The translations under genes and the position numbers were made by a program. Source: Octopus vulgaris (Eukaryota). From it: a stretch of 64,000 nt of DNA. Shown here in pieces: positions 59,199-64,000 of the stretch. Position 1 is the stretch's first letter, and each line of letters starts with the position of its first letter. The stretch spans positions 33,604,001 to 33,668,000 of the forward strand of contig OX597816.1 in the NCBI GenBank assembly GCA_951406725.2, written 5' to 3'. Under the pieces are notes generated by a model. That model saw nothing but the letters and a program-made list of their open reading frames with translations. It made no database searches and was not told where the DNA came from.

Positions 59199-59667
59199 AC
59201 CTTATCTCTACCGGACTCCGGGTTAACCGGTAAGTAACTAAACACTAACCAAACAGTAAGTAACTAAGTAACTAAGTAACTAAAATATGATGCAGCTGAT
59301 TTTGTCCAGTTGTTTATCTGCAATTGTTTTTCTAGATTAGTATATGCAACTGTTTATATGTTTGATCAGGAGTCAAGGTAGAGGGTGATGTTAAACACAG
59401 GGACCCAGGTCGGAGTGGGTTAAAGACAAATAATTCTCCAAAATACAGAAAGGTCTGAGAGTTTTAGTACCCAGCACAATCTCCGCGTTCAGATATTTTG
59501 GCGCCTTGTATACTTATATAAATATGATTGAGTAAACGTTTAAGATAAAATCATTTAAAATCATTTTAATTAAATTGCTTCCATATGTAATTCTCTTGAG
59601 AAATTTGATGTATCAGCTGAACATCAAATGATTTTATTCACTGTTTTAAGGGTTTATATGCACATAC

Positions 59668-59730
<63 letters not shown>

Positions 59731-59764
59731 CCTATCTATCTTTCTACCTATCTATATATCTATC

Positions 59765-59795
<31 letters not shown>

Positions 59796-60933
59796 CTGTG
59801 TGTGTGTGTGTGTTTGTGTGATTTTATTATTGTGTCCATAATACATTACTGTAAAAGGTCTCCTATCAAACAAACCAATTAGTTCTGGAAGTTATATCTT
59901 ATTTATTTATGCATTCAAAAGTTATACTATAAAAATTTACTATGTTACTGTTTAAAACGACAGATTTTAAAAGTACGTTTGCTTCCGTTAATATATAATT
60001 TTCATGGTACGGTGTTAAGATATTGTACATAATTAACGAATAATAATCAGTATAAACTTGACTTTATATGCACACATTCTTTAAATACACATGAATGTTT
60101 TAACTAACGACCCTTTCATTATTTTGAAAGATTCTGGTTTTCTTTACATGATGCCAAATGTACACGTGGTTGTCAGGATATTTACACAATCTGAGAAATT
60201 TATTTCTTACGCGACTGAATGAACAAAATGTCGGCATGTCAATTTCTTTTCTCAGAAATGTTCTATTTTAATACGCTACAAGTCCCATGAGACGAAACAT
60301 TTTTATTTGATACGATCTTGGCTGCGATGTTGATCTATATGTGGCATCGATGTGGAATATCGTTGGGAAATGTTATGTGTTCGTCTTGCTCACCAACAAT
60401 GAATGGTATCATTCCATGTTTTAGTAATCTTAAATCGCTGATCAGTTCATTTAAAATCAGGCACACACCCATTACATTTTAGCTGCCTTATCATGCCAAG
60501 CAGTATTTAGTGACTACAGAGTATGCGGAACAATAATACCCCATGCACCTGGGCAATTCCGAATGTCTGATAGGAAGATTTACTATCTATATATCACATA
60601 TAAGAAAATAAACATACGTAATTTGTATTATGGGATTAAGTTATATAACAATTCAATGTAAATGTACATCTTCTAGCATATATTTCAATGAAGGGACGGA
60701 TATTTTGATAGCGATATTAATAAGTCCAGTATTATGCTTTGTAATGTATGACTTAAAGAATTTCAAATGCTGAAACATATTTTTATACTTAGGTTCGTTT
60801 AAGAATTAGTTAGAAATATCTAGTGGTTACTAGATATTATTTTTGCAAACGCCTCTTAATATACACTTCTTGAAACTATAATATTTATATACATACACAA
60901 AAGAACAGGGGCACACACACATACATAATTGAA

Positions 60934-60969
<36 letters not shown>

Positions 60970-61729
60970 GTTGTGTGCACCCTTTAGCAAATTAATAGAA
61001 TTACCGTAAATGTCTATGTAAGTAGAATTGGATAGAATTGTTTCACATCATTGAAGTTCTGTTTCTTGGGAATGAACACATCAGTTTTTACCCGCTTGCC
61101 TCTGATATGAGGGTTCTTCTTCGTCAAGTTTAGGTTTGCACTTAAGCATCTGAGGACCTTAGGTCATCTCTTGTAAAGCAGTAGTTGGATACCATTTGAG
61201 TCAGTCTTCATGCAATGCCTGGCTTCATCAAATTTGAGAGTTTCATGCAAGACACTCCACTAGAATTGTAAAGCCACACGTGGCTTATATTGTGCTCTAG
61301 ATGAACGCAACTTGCTCAGTTCCCATATTGATATCGTCTACTGAGGTACAAGCATACGTTCCTCAGCTGTTTTATTTAGAAAATCAGATTGTCTTTTGTT
61401 ATATTGTCATTTAGTAATTTTCGCTCGTCAAATTAGTTTCTGCTCCTCTGTGGAATTAGTATAAACTGCCACCAACTGATTGGCTTTCTCTATGTAGAAA
61501 CAGAAAATTTCAATAAATCGAGAATTTATCTTCTATATGATTTAATATAAAGTGCTCCCCTTTGTTGTGCAAATATATGACACGAGTTATTCAGAATTAT
61601 TCTTATTACCTCATTTTCCACATATATATGTATACAAATACATATAGAGGCATATTTATACAAGCAACTCTTCATATATACACATACTCACTCACACATA
61701 TATAATACGCAATATATATTATATAAATA

Positions 61730-61787
<58 letters not shown>

Positions 61788-62137
61788 CGTATAATATATG
61801 TATACGAGTATAAATATATAGTTATTTACTTATATATATGTATGTATACACTCACTTCTGTACTCACAAATATATGCGTAATTTTATGCATACACGCACA
61901 TGTGTGTATGTGCTTCTGTATTCGTATGTCTATTGTAGATAAATCCATTCTTTACAACGTGAATAAATTATTTTCAACACATACAGATAAAACATCACCT
62001 GTTCTTGGCATAACCAATTGACCGCCAGCTCTGGTGATGATATTAACACAGACAAGTTTCTCTTGTTATTTCAAAGAAATCCTACATCGGCGTGTGTGCA
62101 TTATTTTGTGTGAGTAAGAACAGGGCACACTGTTTAC

Positions 62138-62220
<83 letters not shown>

Positions 62221-62639
62221 TGTTTGAACGCGTGCATATATAAATATGCAATTAGTTCATGAAATACTTAGACATATGCTATATAAGGAACTTAACATTA
62301 CTGAAAAAACTTCAATGTGTGTAGACTACCTACACTGAAGCAGCTATTTAACACCAGGCTGGACTTGAAAGAGAATGCTTTTGATCAGCTCTGGTATTTT
62401 TGTTTCATTGGTAGATAAAATTATACACAATTCAATTTCATTTTATGGCAGCGGCATGTTCTTTGGTGGAGAGAAGTTGGCTGCTATTGCAAGATATCAC
62501 CTGATAGCAGAAATGATACCAGAATTGCCGAGAGACAGCGTCTAGCGTCGTAAGTTATATATCTATGTGTGTGTATGTGTGTGTGTTTGTGAATGCGTTT
62601 ATAGATGAAGGTGAGGTAGAGGTGTATTTTTCAATTATT

Positions 62640-62845
62640 TTAATCTTGTTTCAGTCATCTGATTGCGGCCATACAGGAGCACCGCATTAATGTGTTTTAG
62701 ACGAAAAAATCGATCCCAGGGCTTATTCTTGTAAACTGGTACTTATTCTACTGTTCTCTGTTGCCAAACCCCTAAGTTATGAGGACATAAACATACTACC
62801 ATCAGTTGCCAAGCAATGGTGGGGGTACACACAGATTACACAAAC
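62640..62845 (-). mobile_element. Family B SINE, 3' half
   Basis: CTTGTTTCAGTCATCTGATTGCGGCCATACAGGAGCACCGC..GTACTTATTCTA..CATCAGTTGCCAAGCAATGGTGGGG. Confidence 0.75.
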
Positions 62846-63696
62846 ACACGGCGTTACACGTAAATAATTCTACATGTAAACTAATGCAAATATACGCGGT
62901 TCGTTATATTGGGGTTGCAATTTATCAGGCTTGCATCAAGACGGCCATTGTCAAATGTTGTAATGATCATGTATTATGTGTATTCTATAGGGAGGAAAAA
63001 TCATTGCAGGAAAAAATAAAAGTTAAAAATGATGAATGAAAAATATCCTCTTTTGCTGTATTGTAAATAGTGATCTGAAAAACAATTTCGGAGTGAAAAA
63101 TTACGACGATAAGATTTATTTCACGTTTTATCAAAATTTCACAAAAATTCTGATAACTTCAGAAGCACACATGGACGCACGTGTAATTAAATACTGATAG
63201 GTAGAGTTGTATGTAGATCCAGCTAATTCTACATAAGGGAAACGCAATAGGCTTTATCTGTGCTTATTAAACATAAGGTAAAGGAAAGGGAGATCGTGCA
63301 TAATAAAGATGGAGAAAATGCTCTTGTAAGCAGCCCGTACATGCACATGTCTCACTGCAAGGTTTCTTGGACAAGTCTTCTCATTGTTCACGAATGCAAA
63401 TCTCCAGTTTTCTATAATAACATCGTAGTCTAGAACGCATCCGATATGATCTCCATGCAATATGGAGATGCCGGAAGGCATTCAAAACTGTGACGAAACA
63501 AGCTGTCCAGCATTCTACACAACCACACACAAACATATTCATATATATATATATTTATATATATATATATATATATATATGCATATATATATATATGCAT
63601 ATATATATATGCATGAATATATATATATATACATATATATATACATATATATATATATATACATATATATATACATACATATATATATATATATAC

Positions 63697-63727
<31 letters not shown>

Positions 63728-63728
63728 C

Positions 63729-63847
<119 letters not shown>

Positions 63848-63854
63848 TATATAC

Positions 63855-63919
<65 letters not shown>

Positions 63920-64000
63920 CATGTATATATATATATATATATATGCATATGTATATATATACATATACATATACATATATATATGCATGTATATATATGC

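Overview
AT-rich eukaryotic genomic DNA dominated by (TA)n, (CA)n, (TAGA)n and (TAA)n microsatellites and decayed transposons. The repeat landscape suggests an octopus or other coleoid cephalopod (inference from SINE types and microsatellite density). Most six-frame ORFs ([12 protein letters not shown]) are microsatellite artefacts. Only one host exon is well supported: a 124-nt minus-strand exon (31653-31776) encoding the N-terminal pro-region of a matrix metalloproteinase, so most of the window is probably intron. Mobile DNA includes at least four tRNA-derived SINE families, 3' ends of two CR1-group LINE families sitting in (TA)n tracts, R4/Dong-type LINE remnants (one within (TAA)n), mariner, Tigger and possible Tc1 fossils, MITE-like foldbacks and an internally deleted Ty3/Gypsy element. 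The most interesting signal is four minimal type-I hammerhead ribozyme motifs with palindromic helix III, in short Penelope/retrozyme-like elements. One lies in a 343-bp unit bounded by 30-bp direct repeats, and one has a compensatory U3-A8 core. I cannot show that any of this is new to science. All alignments were done by eye and element boundaries are approximate unless stated.
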